This document shows positions 45,272 through 54,778 of a stretch of 64,000 nt of DNA, piece after piece. Source of the stretch: an uncultured Rhizobium sp. Lineage in GTDB: Bacteria; Pseudomonadota; Alphaproteobacteria; Caulobacterales; Hyphomonadaceae. The notes beneath the pieces were generated by a model, which ran no database searches, had not been told where the DNA came from, and worked only from the letters and a program-made list of their open reading frames with translations. The stretch spans positions 13,288 through 77,287 of the forward strand of contig CAYOWK010000016.1 in assembly GCA_964407665.1 (NCBI GenBank), in the 5' to 3' direction. Position 1 is the first letter of the stretch. Every line of letters begins with the position of its first letter. The translations under genes and the position numbers were made by a program.

Positions 45272-46285
45272 ATGTCAGCGCGGCCCGGTCCCCGAAACCT
45301 CATCACTGACGTGGGCGGTCTGCTCGTCGGTTGCGCGCATGACGCCGCCGTCGCCACCGGCGTTACGGTGATCCTGCCGACCGAGCGCGCTGTGACGGCC
45401 GTTGCGGTCGCCGGAGGCGGGCCCGGCACACGCGAGACCGACGCGCTGGCGGCTGACACGCTGGTCGACGCGGTGGACGCGATCGTCCTCTCGGGCGGGT
45501 CGGTCTACGGGCTTGCAGCCGCCGACGGGGTCGCGGCTGCCCTGGGCGCTCAGGGCAAGGGCTTCGCCATGCGCACCTTGCCCGGCGTGCCGGTGTCGCC
45601 GGTCGTTCCCTCGGCCATCCTCTACGATCTGGCCAATGGCGGTGAGAAGATGTGGGGGGAGGACCCGCCCTACCGCGCGCTCGGGCGTCAGGCGCTGGAC
45701 GCCGCCACAGAAAGTGTCCCGCTCGGACGCTTTGGCGCTGGCCATGGCGCCCGCTGCGGACAGGAATGGGGCGGGCAGGGCTCGGCCAGCACGGTCACCT
45801 CCGACGGTCTCGTCGTCGGCGCGCTCGCCGCTGTCAACGCGTTCGGGTCGGCCCGCATGCCCGGGACCAGCGCGTTCTGGGCCTGGCCCTTTGAGCAGGC
45901 CGGCGAGTTCGGCGGCGCCCGTCCGCCCTCGGATTTCACGCTCGACCTGGATGACTGGGGCGCCGCCAAGGCCAACCCCGGCATGGACATCCAGCCCGCG
46001 GAGACGGGCCGCACCAACACCACCATCGCCTGCATCGCGGTCAACGTGGCGCTCACCCCGCCGGAAGCCCAGCGTGTCGCCAAGATGGCCCTGGCCGGTC
46101 TCGCCCGCTCGCTGCGCCCGGTGTTCGCGCCGTTCGACGGCGACGTGGTGTTCTGCCTCTCCACGGCCCAGATCGAGCGCACAGACGTCCGCCCCCTGCT
46201 GCTGGCGCGGCTGGGCGAGCTGGCGGCGAGCACGCTGGCTCGCGCGGTGGCGCGCGGCGTGTCTGAGGCGGGTAGGCTGGGCTAA
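45272..46285 (+). CDS. P1/S58 family peptidase (DmpA/L-aminopeptidase-like)
   Basis: 337-aa Ntn-hydrolase of the DmpA/OAT family (NLITDVGGLLVG...GGSVYGLAA). Confidence 0.7.
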   Translation: MSARPGPRNLITDVGGLLVGCAHDAAVATGVTVILPTERAVTAVAVAGGGPGTRETDALAADTLVDAVDAIVLSGGSVYGLAAADGVAAALGAQGKGFAMRTLPGVPVSPVVPSAILYDLANGGEKMWGEDPPYRALGRQALDAATESVPLGRFGAGHGARCGQEWGGQGSASTVTSDGLVVGALAAVNAFGSARMPGTSAFWAWPFEQAGEFGGARPPSDFTLDLDDWGAAKANPGMDIQPAETGRTNTTIACIAVNVALTPPEAQRVAKMALAGLARSLRPVFAPFDGDVVFCLSTAQIERTDVRPLLLARLGELAASTLARAVARGVSEAGRLG

Positions 46286-46302
46286 CAGGCTCCCGTCTGC
46301 GA

Positions 46303-48354
46303 TCATCCAGCTGAGGCGGCCTGTGGGCGGGGTAATGCGTAGGCGGAGATGAAATCGCCCATCCGGCTGTCGAAGTTGCCGTACCCCCCGGACGCGACCA
46401 CCACATACTGAACGCCTTCCCATTCGTATGTCATCGGGGTGGCGGCGGACGATGCTGGCAGCGGCGTGCGCCAGAGTTCATTTCCGGTTTCCGTATCGAG
46501 GGCCCGCAGGTAGCTGTCGAAAGCGGCTGAAATGAAGATGAGGTCGCCCGCCGTTGCAAGCGGCCCACCCAGGTTAGGCATTCCCGTTTCGATCTCGAGC
46601 CCGAACGGGGCGACATCGCGGGTCGTACCGAGGACGCGCCGCCAGACGATCTCGCCTTTTGCGACATCAATACCTGCAATGACGCCCCATGGCGGGGGCG
46701 TGCATGGCAGACCGAGCGGCGAGACCAGCGTCTCGCGGCTAACGCCGAAAGGCGCGCCCTCCATCGGGGCGATTTCCGCCGCCTCACTTGTCTCTTCGAG
46801 ACCTGCCGCGCGTTCCGTCGGGATAAGGGTGATCAGCTGGGCGATGTTGCTCATGTTTACGACCAGCAGGTTACGGCGCGCGTCGAACGCCGCGCCGCCC
46901 CAGTTTCCGCCACCGCCCGTGAAGGGCAGGAACAGCGTCCCCTGTTCGCTCGGCGGCGTGAATAGTCCCTCCGCGCGTGCACTCCGGATAAGGTTCGCGC
47001 ACGCGATCCTGTCGAAGATCGTGACCCCGAACGCTTTACCCGGTGATGCCGTGTTCGGCACCACCGGCGGCGGCCTCACCGGGAAGGGTTGAGTCGGCGA
47101 GAGGGTCTCGCCGGGCGGCGCGCCTTGCGGAACCGGTCGTTCCTCCACCGGGATAACAGGCTGACCGGTTTCGCGATCCAGCACAAACACAAGTCCCGTC
47201 TTCGCTGTCTGGACCACCACATCGCGCGGTCGGCCATCGATCGTGACGGTATGCAGTCCAGGCTGGGCTGGCAGATCGTAGTCCCAGACATCGTGGTGCA
47301 CCGTCTGGAAACTCCAGATGACGCGGCCGTTTTCTCCCTCGAGAGCTATAACGGAATTGGCGTGCCTGTTGTCGCCGGGCCGCAGGCCGCCGAAGAAGTC
47401 CGGGCTCGGGCTGGATGTGGGCAGGAACACCCAGCCACGTTCCTCATCGACCGACATCGTCGACCAGACATTGGCGTGGCCGGTGGTGCGCGCCGCAGAT
47501 TCGGTCCAGGTCGAGCCGGGCGCCGTCGCGCGCTCACGAGGAATGGGGTCGAATGTCCAGCGGACTGCGCCCGTGCGGGCGTCCAGGGCGTGGACGACCC
47601 CGGCCGGCGCAGCAGCGCGTAGATTGTCCGAGATTGCAGAGCCGACGACCACAACGTCTCCCACGATTGCCGGGGCGGAGGTGATCTGCTGTTCACCCGG
47701 CCAACGCAGCGCCATCGAGGGTTCGAGCTTGACCTCGCCGTTGCGACCGAAGTCGGAGCATGGCTGGCCGGTTGAAGCATCGAGTGCAACGACCCGCGAG
47801 TCGTTCGTGCCCATGAAGATGCGCCTGGAACAGACTGCTCCCACGCCCGCTTCCGTGTCTCGCCATTGCGATACGCCACGGCATACAAACTGGTTGGCTG
47901 GCCGCTGGTCCGGATCGACGCCAGGATCGTACCGCCATATCTCCCTTCCCGTTCCGGGGTGCAGAGCGGTCACGACATTGAAGGGGGTGCACGCGATCAG
48001 CTTGTCGCCGACCAGGATGGGCGTGGTTTCGAAGGCCGTTCTGCGGATGACGCTGGGTGGATGTCCGTCCAGCGCCCCCGTGCGAAACTCCCAGGCCAGT
48101 TCAAGGGCTCCGACATTGCTCCGGTCAATCTGTCTGGCGCCGCTGAATCGTCCTCCGCCAGGATCACCGCCATAGGCGTCCCACCCGCGAGAGCCGACAT
48201 CACTCTCGGCGACGATCTCCGCCCTCCCGTCGATGGAAAGGTCGTCGCCGAACCCGAGTATCCACCAGATCAGCGAACCGCCGAATATGACGACTGCAAG
48301 GCCTATGGCGACCACTGCGGAGGCTACAAGCGCGAGTCCGGTCGACAGTTTCAT
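46303..48354 (-). CDS. membrane-anchored PQQ-dependent sugar/alcohol dehydrogenase (quinoprotein beta-propeller)
   Basis: N-terminal TM. PQQ-propeller W-repeats (ELAWEFRTG, EIWRYDPG, ...). Confidence 0.75.
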   Translation of the reverse strand: MKLSTGLALVASAVVAIGLAVVIFGGSLIWWILGFGDDLSIDGRAEIVAESDVGSRGWDAYGGDPGGGRFSGARQIDRSNVGALELAWEFRTGALDGHPPSVIRRTAFETTPILVGDKLIACTPFNVVTALHPGTGREIWRYDPGVDPDQRPANQFVCRGVSQWRDTEAGVGAVCSRRIFMGTNDSRVVALDASTGQPCSDFGRNGEVKLEPSMALRWPGEQQITSAPAIVGDVVVVGSAISDNLRAAAPAGVVHALDARTGAVRWTFDPIPRERATAPGSTWTESAARTTGHANVWSTMSVDEERGWVFLPTSSPSPDFFGGLRPGDNRHANSVIALEGENGRVIWSFQTVHHDVWDYDLPAQPGLHTVTIDGRPRDVVVQTAKTGLVFVLDRETGQPVIPVEERPVPQGAPPGETLSPTQPFPVRPPPVVPNTASPGKAFGVTIFDRIACANLIRSARAEGLFTPPSEQGTLFLPFTGGGGNWGGAAFDARRNLLVVNMSNIAQLITLIPTERAAGLEETSEAAEIAPMEGAPFGVSRETLVSPLGLPCTPPPWGVIAGIDVAKGEIVWRRVLGTTRDVAPFGLEIETGMPNLGGPLATAGDLIFISAAFDSYLRALDTETGNELWRTPLPASSAATPMTYEWEGVQYVVVASGGYGNFDSRMGDFISAYALPRPQAASAG

Positions 48355-48435
48355 GTTTGCAGGTCCCCTTGCTCGACCATCCGGTCCGTCATCCCGGCGC
48401 GGCGACCCGAACGGACGCCGGCCCCAAACAGATTT

Positions 48436-49068
48436 TCACGACCCCTCCGCGAACATGGTCGCGACGAGCCTGCGCACGGCGGAGCGCACACGCTCCCAGT
48501 CGGCGGGTTCGCGCAATGACATCCCGGCGAAATGGCCCGACGCGGAGCCCGCCAGCACAAGATGCTGGATGGATGCGATCAGGAGCGCATTCATGGCCGG
48601 GGCGTCGACGCCGGGCGGCGGCTTGAGGTCTCCCTTCTGACCCGCCATCCAGATCATCAAGGCCCGCGAACGGGCCTCCGTGAGCCGCAGGACATGTGGG
48701 GACGCGTCCGATATCTCCCAGGCGACGAGCTTCTGGACCAGCGCATCTTCCCGGAGGGCGTCAAGAAATCCGACAGCGAGGCGCGCCATCAGCTCGGCGT
48801 AAGTCCTCGCTGGTTCGAGATGCTCGAGAGGCGCGAGGCTGGATTTCACCCAGTCGGCGAGATCGGCGCCGATGGCTTCGACAACGCCGTCCATGCCGCC
48901 AAAATACCTGTAGACGAGCTGCTTGTCGCACCCGGCGAGCCGCGCAACGGCGTTGACGCCAAATCCGCCGAAGCCGTTCTCGGCGAGCACCTGTTTGGCC
49001 GCTTCGACAATCGCCCGCCCAGTCGCTTCCCGGTCCCTCTGGCGCCTTGGTGTGGATGAACCTGTCAT
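48436..49068 (-). CDS. TetR/AcrR family transcriptional regulator
   Basis: N-terminal HTH GRAIVEAAKQVLAENGFGGFGVNAVARLAGCDKQLVYRYF. Start ATG 49066-49068. Confidence 0.8.
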   Translation of the reverse strand: MTGSSTPRRQRDREATGRAIVEAAKQVLAENGFGGFGVNAVARLAGCDKQLVYRYFGGMDGVVEAIGADLADWVKSSLAPLEHLEPARTYAELMARLAVGFLDALREDALVQKLVAWEISDASPHVLRLTEARSRALMIWMAGQKGDLKPPPGVDAPAMNALLIASIQHLVLAGSASGHFAGMSLREPADWERVRSAVRRLVATMFAEGS

Positions 49069-49147
49069 CCTGGTCTCCCCGTCGCCAGAGCAAAAGCGCG
49101 CCGCCGACAGCGACTGATAGGCAAGAAAACGCCAGACGTCGATCACA

Positions 49148-49167
49148 AAGTCACCGTATGGTGACTT
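49148..49167. promoter_or_regulatory. candidate TetR operator 1 (AAGTCACC-GTAT-GGTGACTT)
   Basis: Perfect 8-bp arms in the divergent tetR/DUF4386 intergenic region. Confidence 0.4.
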
Positions 49168-49196
49168 TTCGCTTGTCGCTGCGTCCGGCTCGGGTT

Positions 49197-50021
49197 ATGC
49201 GTATGTCACTGAAAGGTGACATACTGGATCCTCCGATGCTGACCGATGTGAACGATCACCCCGTGTCCTCCGGTCCGCGGCGGCTTCTCGGCGCGGTCTC
49301 GATCGTCTTCGCGGTTCTGTTCAACGTCCCTTACGCCGTGCTGGCGGTGACGTTCGACTATCCGGCGATCCTGCGACGGCCGCCGGGCGAGATCCTCGAG
49401 TTCTTCGCTCAAGGCGGCGCCGGCCTGATCCTGACCTGGCATGCGTTCGCCCTCAGCGCGCTGGCGCTCGCGCCGTTTGCAATTGCCCTTTCGATCACCC
49501 GCGATCGACTCTGGCGCCAACCGGGACTGGCGGTCGGGGCGGCTGTTCTCGGCGCCCTCGCGGGCGTCATGCAGGCGGTCGGTCTCTGGCGCTGGGTTTT
49601 CGTGACGCCCGCGCTCGCCCGCACTTACACCGATCCGGCGGCCTCTGCGGACGCTGTGCTCAACGCCACGCATGCCCTCGACCTCATGAACCGGTTTGGC
49701 GGCGTCGCGATCGGCGAACATCTCGGGCAAACCCTGACCGCGCTTTTCGTGGCCTGCGTCGCGGGGCTTCAATGGCGCGAGAAGTCGCCGATCACGGCGA
49801 CAATCGGCATGCTAGCCGCCCTCGCCATCCTGGCCGGCACAGGGGAGGGGCTCGCAATCGCCCTCGGCGCGCCCGGCGACCTTTTCAGCCTCGCCACGAT
49901 TGCCGGATTCCTGGGCCTGACGGTCTGGCTGATCGCCACCGGCATAGCTCTGGTCCGCCTGCCGGCCGAACGGCCGGGGGCTGGCCCGGAACACCCCACG
50001 CTCAATGCCGTCGGCGCATAG
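49197..50021 (+). CDS. DUF4386-like integral membrane protein
   Basis: Start ATG 49197 (MRMSLKGD). Alternative start ATG 49236. Multi-TM. Divergent from tetR. Confidence 0.55.
   Translation: MRMSLKGDILDPPMLTDVNDHPVSSGPRRLLGAVSIVFAVLFNVPYAVLAVTFDYPAILRRPPGEILEFFAQGGAGLILTWHAFALSALALAPFAIALSITRDRLWRQPGLAVGAAVLGALAGVMQAVGLWRWVFVTPALARTYTDPAASADAVLNATHALDLMNRFGGVAIGEHLGQTLTALFVACVAGLQWREKSPITATIGMLAALAILAGTGEGLAIALGAPGDLFSLATIAGFLGLTVWLIATGIALVRLPAERPGAGPEHPTLNAVGA
49201..49224. promoter_or_regulatory. candidate TetR operator 2 (GTATGTCAC-TGAAAG-GTGACATAC)
   Basis: Perfect 9-bp arms sharing the GTCAC/GTGAC core with operator 1. Overlaps the first codons of the divergent gene. Confidence 0.4.
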
Positions 50022-50046
50022 GCGGGCGGCGTTCGACGAACTGACA

Positions 50047-52302
50047 ATGGATGCAGGACGGATCATGCTCGGGTCGCTCCGCACAACCGCGCTCGCCACA
50101 ACCCTTGCACTGCTGGTCGCTCCGTCCGGCTTGGGCCAGGAGGTTCCGGCTGTGCCTGCCTCCGTGGGCGGCGATGCGTGCCCGCCTGCGCCAGCCCTGT
50201 GCGCGCGCCCCCGCGTTGCGCTTGTGCTCTCGGGCGGCGGCGCGCTCGGCATCGCCCACATCGGCGTTCTGAAGACGCTGGAGCAGGCGGGCGTCCAGCC
50301 CGATATTGTGGTTGGCACCTCAATGGGGGCTGTTGTCGGCGGTCTCTATGCGCTGGGCTATTCGCCTGCCGAACTGGAGGACGCCGTCACGACGCTCGAC
50401 TGGCCGGCTGTCTTTGCGGGAAAACCGCCTCGCGACGCACTCTCCTACCGCCGGCGGCGCGAGGAGGAGACATTTCCGGCCGAGCTGGCGTTCAGTGTCG
50501 ACCGCAAGGGACTTCGTCTGCCGCGCTCGGTGGTCAAGGACCAGATGCTCAATCTGGCCCTGCGAAACCTTGTGTCCACGCCGCCGCTGACTTCGTTCGA
50601 CGACCTGTCCGTCCAGTTCCGCGCTGTGGCGACCGACATCGCCAGCGGCGAGCCCGTGGTTCTCGACAGCGGAGACCTTGCGGCGGCCATGCGTGCATCG
50701 ATGTCGGCGCCGGGGGTCTTTGCGCCGGAGCGGATCGGCGATCGCGTTCTGGTGGATGGCGGACTGAGCAAGAACATCCCGATAGATGTCGCGCGCGACC
50801 TCGGAGCCGACATCATCATCGTCGCGACGCTGCAGGGACCGCTTCGTCCGGCGACGGAGCTGCGGTCAGCGGTCGATGTCCTGGAGCAGTCCATGACGCT
50901 TCTGGTGAGGACAAACGAAGCCGCCCAGCTGGCTCTGCTCGAAGAAGACGATATTCGCATCGCGATCGACTATGGCGGCCTGTCGACGACGGACTTCGAC
51001 AGGGGCCGGGACCTGATCGCGATGGGTCGCGCCGCCGCCGACGCCGAGCTTGGCCGGATCGCTCCGTATGCGCGCAGCGGAGCCACAAGGCGGAAGCCGG
51101 AAACGCCGCAGGTCGACTTCATCCGGATCGAGAATGGCACCACGCTCGACGACGCCGTGATAGGCACACGCCTGTCCCAGGAGATCGGCGCCCCGCTCGA
51201 CACCGAGGCGCTGTCACGCGATGTGGAGACCATTGCGGCGCTGGGCCACTTCGAGCGGGTGTCGTACCGGCTTGCGACAGAGGGCGACACGGTCGGCCTG
51301 GTTGTCGAAGGGGCGCCCCGACCCGCAGACGTGGCGAACATGCGCCTGGGGCTCACGCTCGACAACGACTTCCAGGGTGCGGGCGACTATCGCGCTTCCC
51401 TTGAATACAGGTCGCCGCCGATCGACCGCTACGGCTCCGAGATCAGGATCGAAGCTGTGTTCGGCGACCGGTTCAGGACATCTGCCGAACTCTTCCAGCT
51501 CTTTGCCCCGGACCAGGCGCTCTTTCTGGCGCCGCGCGCCAACATCGCGGTCCGCAACGTTCCGCTCTACCGGGCGGACGGATTCAAGACCGGTTCCTAC
51601 CGCGCCTCCTACGCCGAAGCCCAGCTCGACGTGGGCGTGCAGTTCGGAGGCTGGGGCGAGGCGCGGCTTGGCGTGCAGCGGGGAACCGGCGAGGCCGAAC
51701 TGCGGGAAGGCTCCGCCGATCCGCCCTCGGCGCCAATCGAGATCGGCCAGCTTGTGGCATCCGCAGGGGTCGACACGCTGGACAACCCTTACTTCCCTTC
51801 GGAGGGCGTCCGGCTGTCGACGCGGTGGATCGCGGGGGATCCTGCCCTTGGCGCCCGTTCGTCGTTCCAGACGGTCGAGATCGATACGACGTTTGTCGGG
51901 TCACGCGGCGCCGACGCCCTGATCCTGCAGGCTGAGGGCGGGGCGACGGTGACGGGCGACCTGCCGATCGAATCCCTGTTCCGGGTCGGGGGACTGTTCA
52001 GCCTGTCGGGATACAGGTCCGAGGAGCTGACCGGCGAGGCCTACGGCGTCGCCCGCGCCATCTACCGGAGGCGGCTGAACGAGGCCGAGCCTCTCTTCTT
52101 CGGCGTACCCATCTACTGGGGCGGTTCGCTCGAGGCCGGCGCCGCATGGGCGGACCGCCGGGATGCCGACATTGACGATCTTGCGCTGGGCGGCAGCGTG
52201 TTCCTGTCGGCCGACACCCAGATCGGCCCGGTCTACCTGGCCTATGGCAGCTCCGAAGGCGGCCGGCAGTCCGTCTATCTGTTCGTGGGCCGGCCATTCT
52301 AG
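50047..52302 (+). CDS. patatin-like phospholipase with POTRA + Omp85 beta-barrel (PlpD-like type Vd autotransporter)
   Basis: Signal peptide. Patatin motifs ALVLSGGGALGIAHIGVL and GTSMGA (GxSxG). C-terminal Omp85-like barrel ending ...VYLFVGRPF. Confidence 0.75.
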   Translation: MDAGRIMLGSLRTTALATTLALLVAPSGLGQEVPAVPASVGGDACPPAPALCARPRVALVLSGGGALGIAHIGVLKTLEQAGVQPDIVVGTSMGAVVGGLYALGYSPAELEDAVTTLDWPAVFAGKPPRDALSYRRRREEETFPAELAFSVDRKGLRLPRSVVKDQMLNLALRNLVSTPPLTSFDDLSVQFRAVATDIASGEPVVLDSGDLAAAMRASMSAPGVFAPERIGDRVLVDGGLSKNIPIDVARDLGADIIIVATLQGPLRPATELRSAVDVLEQSMTLLVRTNEAAQLALLEEDDIRIAIDYGGLSTTDFDRGRDLIAMGRAAADAELGRIAPYARSGATRRKPETPQVDFIRIENGTTLDDAVIGTRLSQEIGAPLDTEALSRDVETIAALGHFERVSYRLATEGDTVGLVVEGAPRPADVANMRLGLTLDNDFQGAGDYRASLEYRSPPIDRYGSEIRIEAVFGDRFRTSAELFQLFAPDQALFLAPRANIAVRNVPLYRADGFKTGSYRASYAEAQLDVGVQFGGWGEARLGVQRGTGEAELREGSADPPSAPIEIGQLVASAGVDTLDNPYFPSEGVRLSTRWIAGDPALGARSSFQTVEIDTTFVGSRGADALILQAEGGATVTGDLPIESLFRVGGLFSLSGYRSEELTGEAYGVARAIYRRRLNEAEPLFFGVPIYWGGSLEAGAAWADRRDADIDDLALGGSVFLSADTQIGPVYLAYGSSEGGRQSVYLFVGRPF

Positions 52303-52420
52303 GCGCCGGGATGCCTTTAGGGCTGTTCGCCGCAGCCGACGCAGCGATACTCGTTCGCCAAACCTGCCACCCACCGGCGCCATCGACTAAGACCGAGTCT
52401 GTGGAGGAATGAATTTCCCC

Positions 52421-52468
52421 GGCGCGCCCGGAACGATTCGAACGTCCGCCCCCCCCAGATTCGTAGTC
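52421..52468. repeat. partial (3'-half) copy of tRNA-Arg = distal att site of integrated element
   Basis: GGCGCGCCCGGAACGATTCGAACGTCCG-(C)n-AGATTCGTAGTC matches the plus-strand complement of the 3' half of tRNA-Arg at 54375..54420 (~46/48). Confidence 0.75.
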
Positions 52469-52628
52469 CGCTCCCAAGGGATACGCGCAATTACGCCCTG
52501 ATGCTGGCGACTACGCTAGAGCCCTGACATATATAGATATTTCCGGTCCACTTGGTCATCTTGGCTACCGAGAGCAGCGCAGCCGTTCGCTCCCGCCTGC
52601 TTCCAATATGCTTCCAAGTTCGGGACCG

Positions 52629-53825
52629 ATGCCCAACGCCAAACGCAAGGAAAAGCTGACCAAGACCCTGGTCGATGGACTGTCGCCGGCCCGCTCCGAA
52701 TATGCGGTTTGGGATACCCAAGTGGAGGGCTTTCACGTGCGGGTGTCGCCTGCGGGCCTGAAGACACTATGCGTCTTCTACCGGTCGAAGAGGAACCAAG
52801 CCCGTCGCCGGTCTCTGGGGCGTTTCCCGACCGTCGGTGTCGAGGAAACACGCCAAGAGGCGAGGCAGCTGATCGCTGCGTCCAAACGGGGTGAGGACCC
52901 GTTCGGCAAGCAGGACGCCCTGAAGGCTGTCCCCAAGCTGAACGCCTTCTGGGACACTTACTGGGCCGAGCACGCGGTACCCAAGAAGGCTGCCCGGTCG
53001 GCGCATGAGGATCTGCGGCTCTGGCGCATCCATCTGAAGCCGGCTTTGGGCGATCTGTTCATCGATCAGATCGACGCGAAGACCGTGCGCAAGTGGCATG
53101 CGGACAGGAAGGGCACGCCCGGAGCGGCAAACCGTGCGCTGGCCCTGCTGTCCAAGATGATGAGCCTCGCAGTCGCCAATGAGCTTCGCCCCACCAACCC
53201 GTGCAAGCACATCCAGCGCTATCCCGAGAACAGGCGTGACCCGAACGTTGATCCGGAACTTGCGGTAAAGCTCTGGGGGCTGGCCCAAATTGAGGAGCGG
53301 AAAGGGGACGCCGGCGCAGCTCGTGTGATGATGCTCATCATGCTGACCGGCGCGCGGCGCGGGGAGGTCCTGCAGGCGCGTTGGCGGGACTTTGATCTCT
53401 CTTCGTCCATGCCGCTGTGGCGCGTGCCGACCGAGCACATAAAGGGCGGGGAACGCCGCGGCATCAACATCACCCGAAATCTCAGCGCGGACACCGTGGC
53501 GCTCCTCCGGTCTTGGAAGGGCGAAGCAGGATCAGACGATCTGCTGTTTCCGAGTGTCAAAGGCGAAGGGGCCGCTCGGTACGATATCCGAGATCCGTGG
53601 GATCGCATTCGCAGGGCTGCAGGTCGCCCGGAGCTGCGTATCCACGACCTCCGCCACATGTTTGCGACGCTAGCGATCTTCAATGGTCACTCGCTCGACG
53701 AGATCGGAGAAACCATCGGCCACCGGGATCCCACGACCACGCGCCGCTACGCGCATATTCTCGCTCGCACAAAAAGTCAGGTCGCCAACTCAGTCAGTTC
53801 AATCGTCATCGGAATAACAAAATGA
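52629..53825 (+). CDS. int: tyrosine-type site-specific integrase (P4-like, N-terminal arm-binding DUF4102-type domain)
   Basis: MPNAKRKEKLTKTLVDGL...YAVWDTQVEGFHVRVSPAGLKT N-terminal domain. C-terminal catalytic core R...HDLRH...Y (IHDLRHMFAT, RRYAHIL). Start chosen at ATG 52629. Confidence 0.85.
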   Translation: MPNAKRKEKLTKTLVDGLSPARSEYAVWDTQVEGFHVRVSPAGLKTLCVFYRSKRNQARRRSLGRFPTVGVEETRQEARQLIAASKRGEDPFGKQDALKAVPKLNAFWDTYWAEHAVPKKAARSAHEDLRLWRIHLKPALGDLFIDQIDAKTVRKWHADRKGTPGAANRALALLSKMMSLAVANELRPTNPCKHIQRYPENRRDPNVDPELAVKLWGLAQIEERKGDAGAARVMMLIMLTGARRGEVLQARWRDFDLSSSMPLWRVPTEHIKGGERRGINITRNLSADTVALLRSWKGEAGSDDLLFPSVKGEGAARYDIRDPWDRIRRAAGRPELRIHDLRHMFATLAIFNGHSLDEIGETIGHRDPTTTRRYAHILARTKSQVANSVSSIVIGITK

Positions 53826-54310
53826 CAGACTACCCAAAGTATCCCTTCGAAACGGAAGCGAAGACCAAGGTCGCAAAGGCGCTGATGCGCCGGATCCAGC
53901 GTGCCGATCAGACCCTCGAACTCGGCCGAGAAATCGCAGTCTTCCTGTTCGATGATCTTAACCGTGTAATCATCGTAGCGAAGGCTTTGTCCGGTGACCT
54001 GCAGGCCGCGATCGCGATTTTTGAAGAGCTACTACCGGGATGGGTCTACAAAGTTTGCCGATGCCATCTGTCGGATGACGCCTGGGTTATCCCCGACAGA
54101 AATGATCCGAAGCACGGCGCCCGGTTGAATGCCACGCTGGGGCCGTGTGAGAGACAGAGCGGGTGGAGCCACGGATTTGATGTCGATTTGAGGCCCCCAC
54201 GTGGCCCATACCCCGCCGCTGCACTCCTGGTGGCGACGATTGGAGGCGTCGACGTGGCTCGCGCACGTGTCATGGAGTACCAGAAGCAGCTCGAGACTCA
54301 GAGCATCTGA
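53822..54310 (+). CDS. hypothetical protein (162 aa), sole cargo of the mini-element
   Basis: ATGA overlap with integrase stop. No motif recognised (MTDYPKYPFETEAK...CRCHLSDDAW...). Hand-count gives 53822; track lists 53817. Confidence 0.5.
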   Translation: MTDYPKYPFETEAKTKVAKALMRRIQRADQTLELGREIAVFLFDDLNRVIIVAKALSGDLQAAIAIFEELLPGWVYKVCRCHLSDDAWVIPDRNDPKHGARLNATLGPCERQSGWSHGFDVDLRPPRGPYPAAALLVATIGGVDVARARVMEYQKQLETQSI

Positions 54311-54373
54311 GGACAACTTCGCTCCTGGAAGCTTCCGATGTTGAAACGCCCAATAGCACCGAAGACTGTTTAT

Positions 54374-54450
54374 TGGCGCGCCCGGAACGATTCGAACGTC
54401 CGACCCCCAGATTCGTAGTCTGGTGCTCTATCCAGCTGAGCTACGGGCGC
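54374..54450 (-). tRNA. tRNA-Arg (anticodon ACG)
   Basis: Reverse complement GCGCCCGTAGCTCAGCTGGATAGAGCACCAGACTACGAATCTGGGGGTCGGACGTTCGAATCGTTCCGGGCGCGCCA. 77 nt including CCA. Confidence 0.85.
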
Positions 54451-54778
54451 GCACTTGGGAGGGCGGGTTGTAGCGTCGAGGCCCCCGATGCGCAAGGGGG
54501 ACGCGGCGACTGAAATTTTCCTTCGTTGTCAGGGGGACGGCGCGTTCGGCGCGGATCTGCCCGCGGCGCCTCTTCGGGCGACGGGGCAGCCCGTCTGGCC
54601 GGTCAGGCTGTCTTCCGGGCCCCGCCAGGCTGCGTCTTCCGCCGGCAGATACAAATCGGCCCTTGCACGAATGTTGCATTTAAAAACAATGTTAGGCGGG
54701 ACCGGGGGCTGGGCATCCTTCATCCGGGGCGGGGAAGCAGGAGCCTGGGGGGCGATCCCCGAGGGGGGAGCCGAAGCC

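Larger units (their letters stand above)
52421..54450. mobile_element. ~2 kb integrative mini-element / island remnant at tRNA-Arg(ACG): attR-like repeat, integrase, one cargo ORF, intact tRNA
   Basis: Direct repeats 52421..52468 and 54375..54420. Tyrosine integrase 52629..53825. The tRNA 3' end faces the element. AT-richer spacer 52470..52600. Confidence 0.6.

Noticed and set aside
52380-52470. Second tRNA-Arg gene
   Set aside because: Only the 3' half (~48 nt) is present and it lacks the D-arm, anticodon arm and 5' acceptor strand. It is an att-site duplicate, not a functional tRNA.
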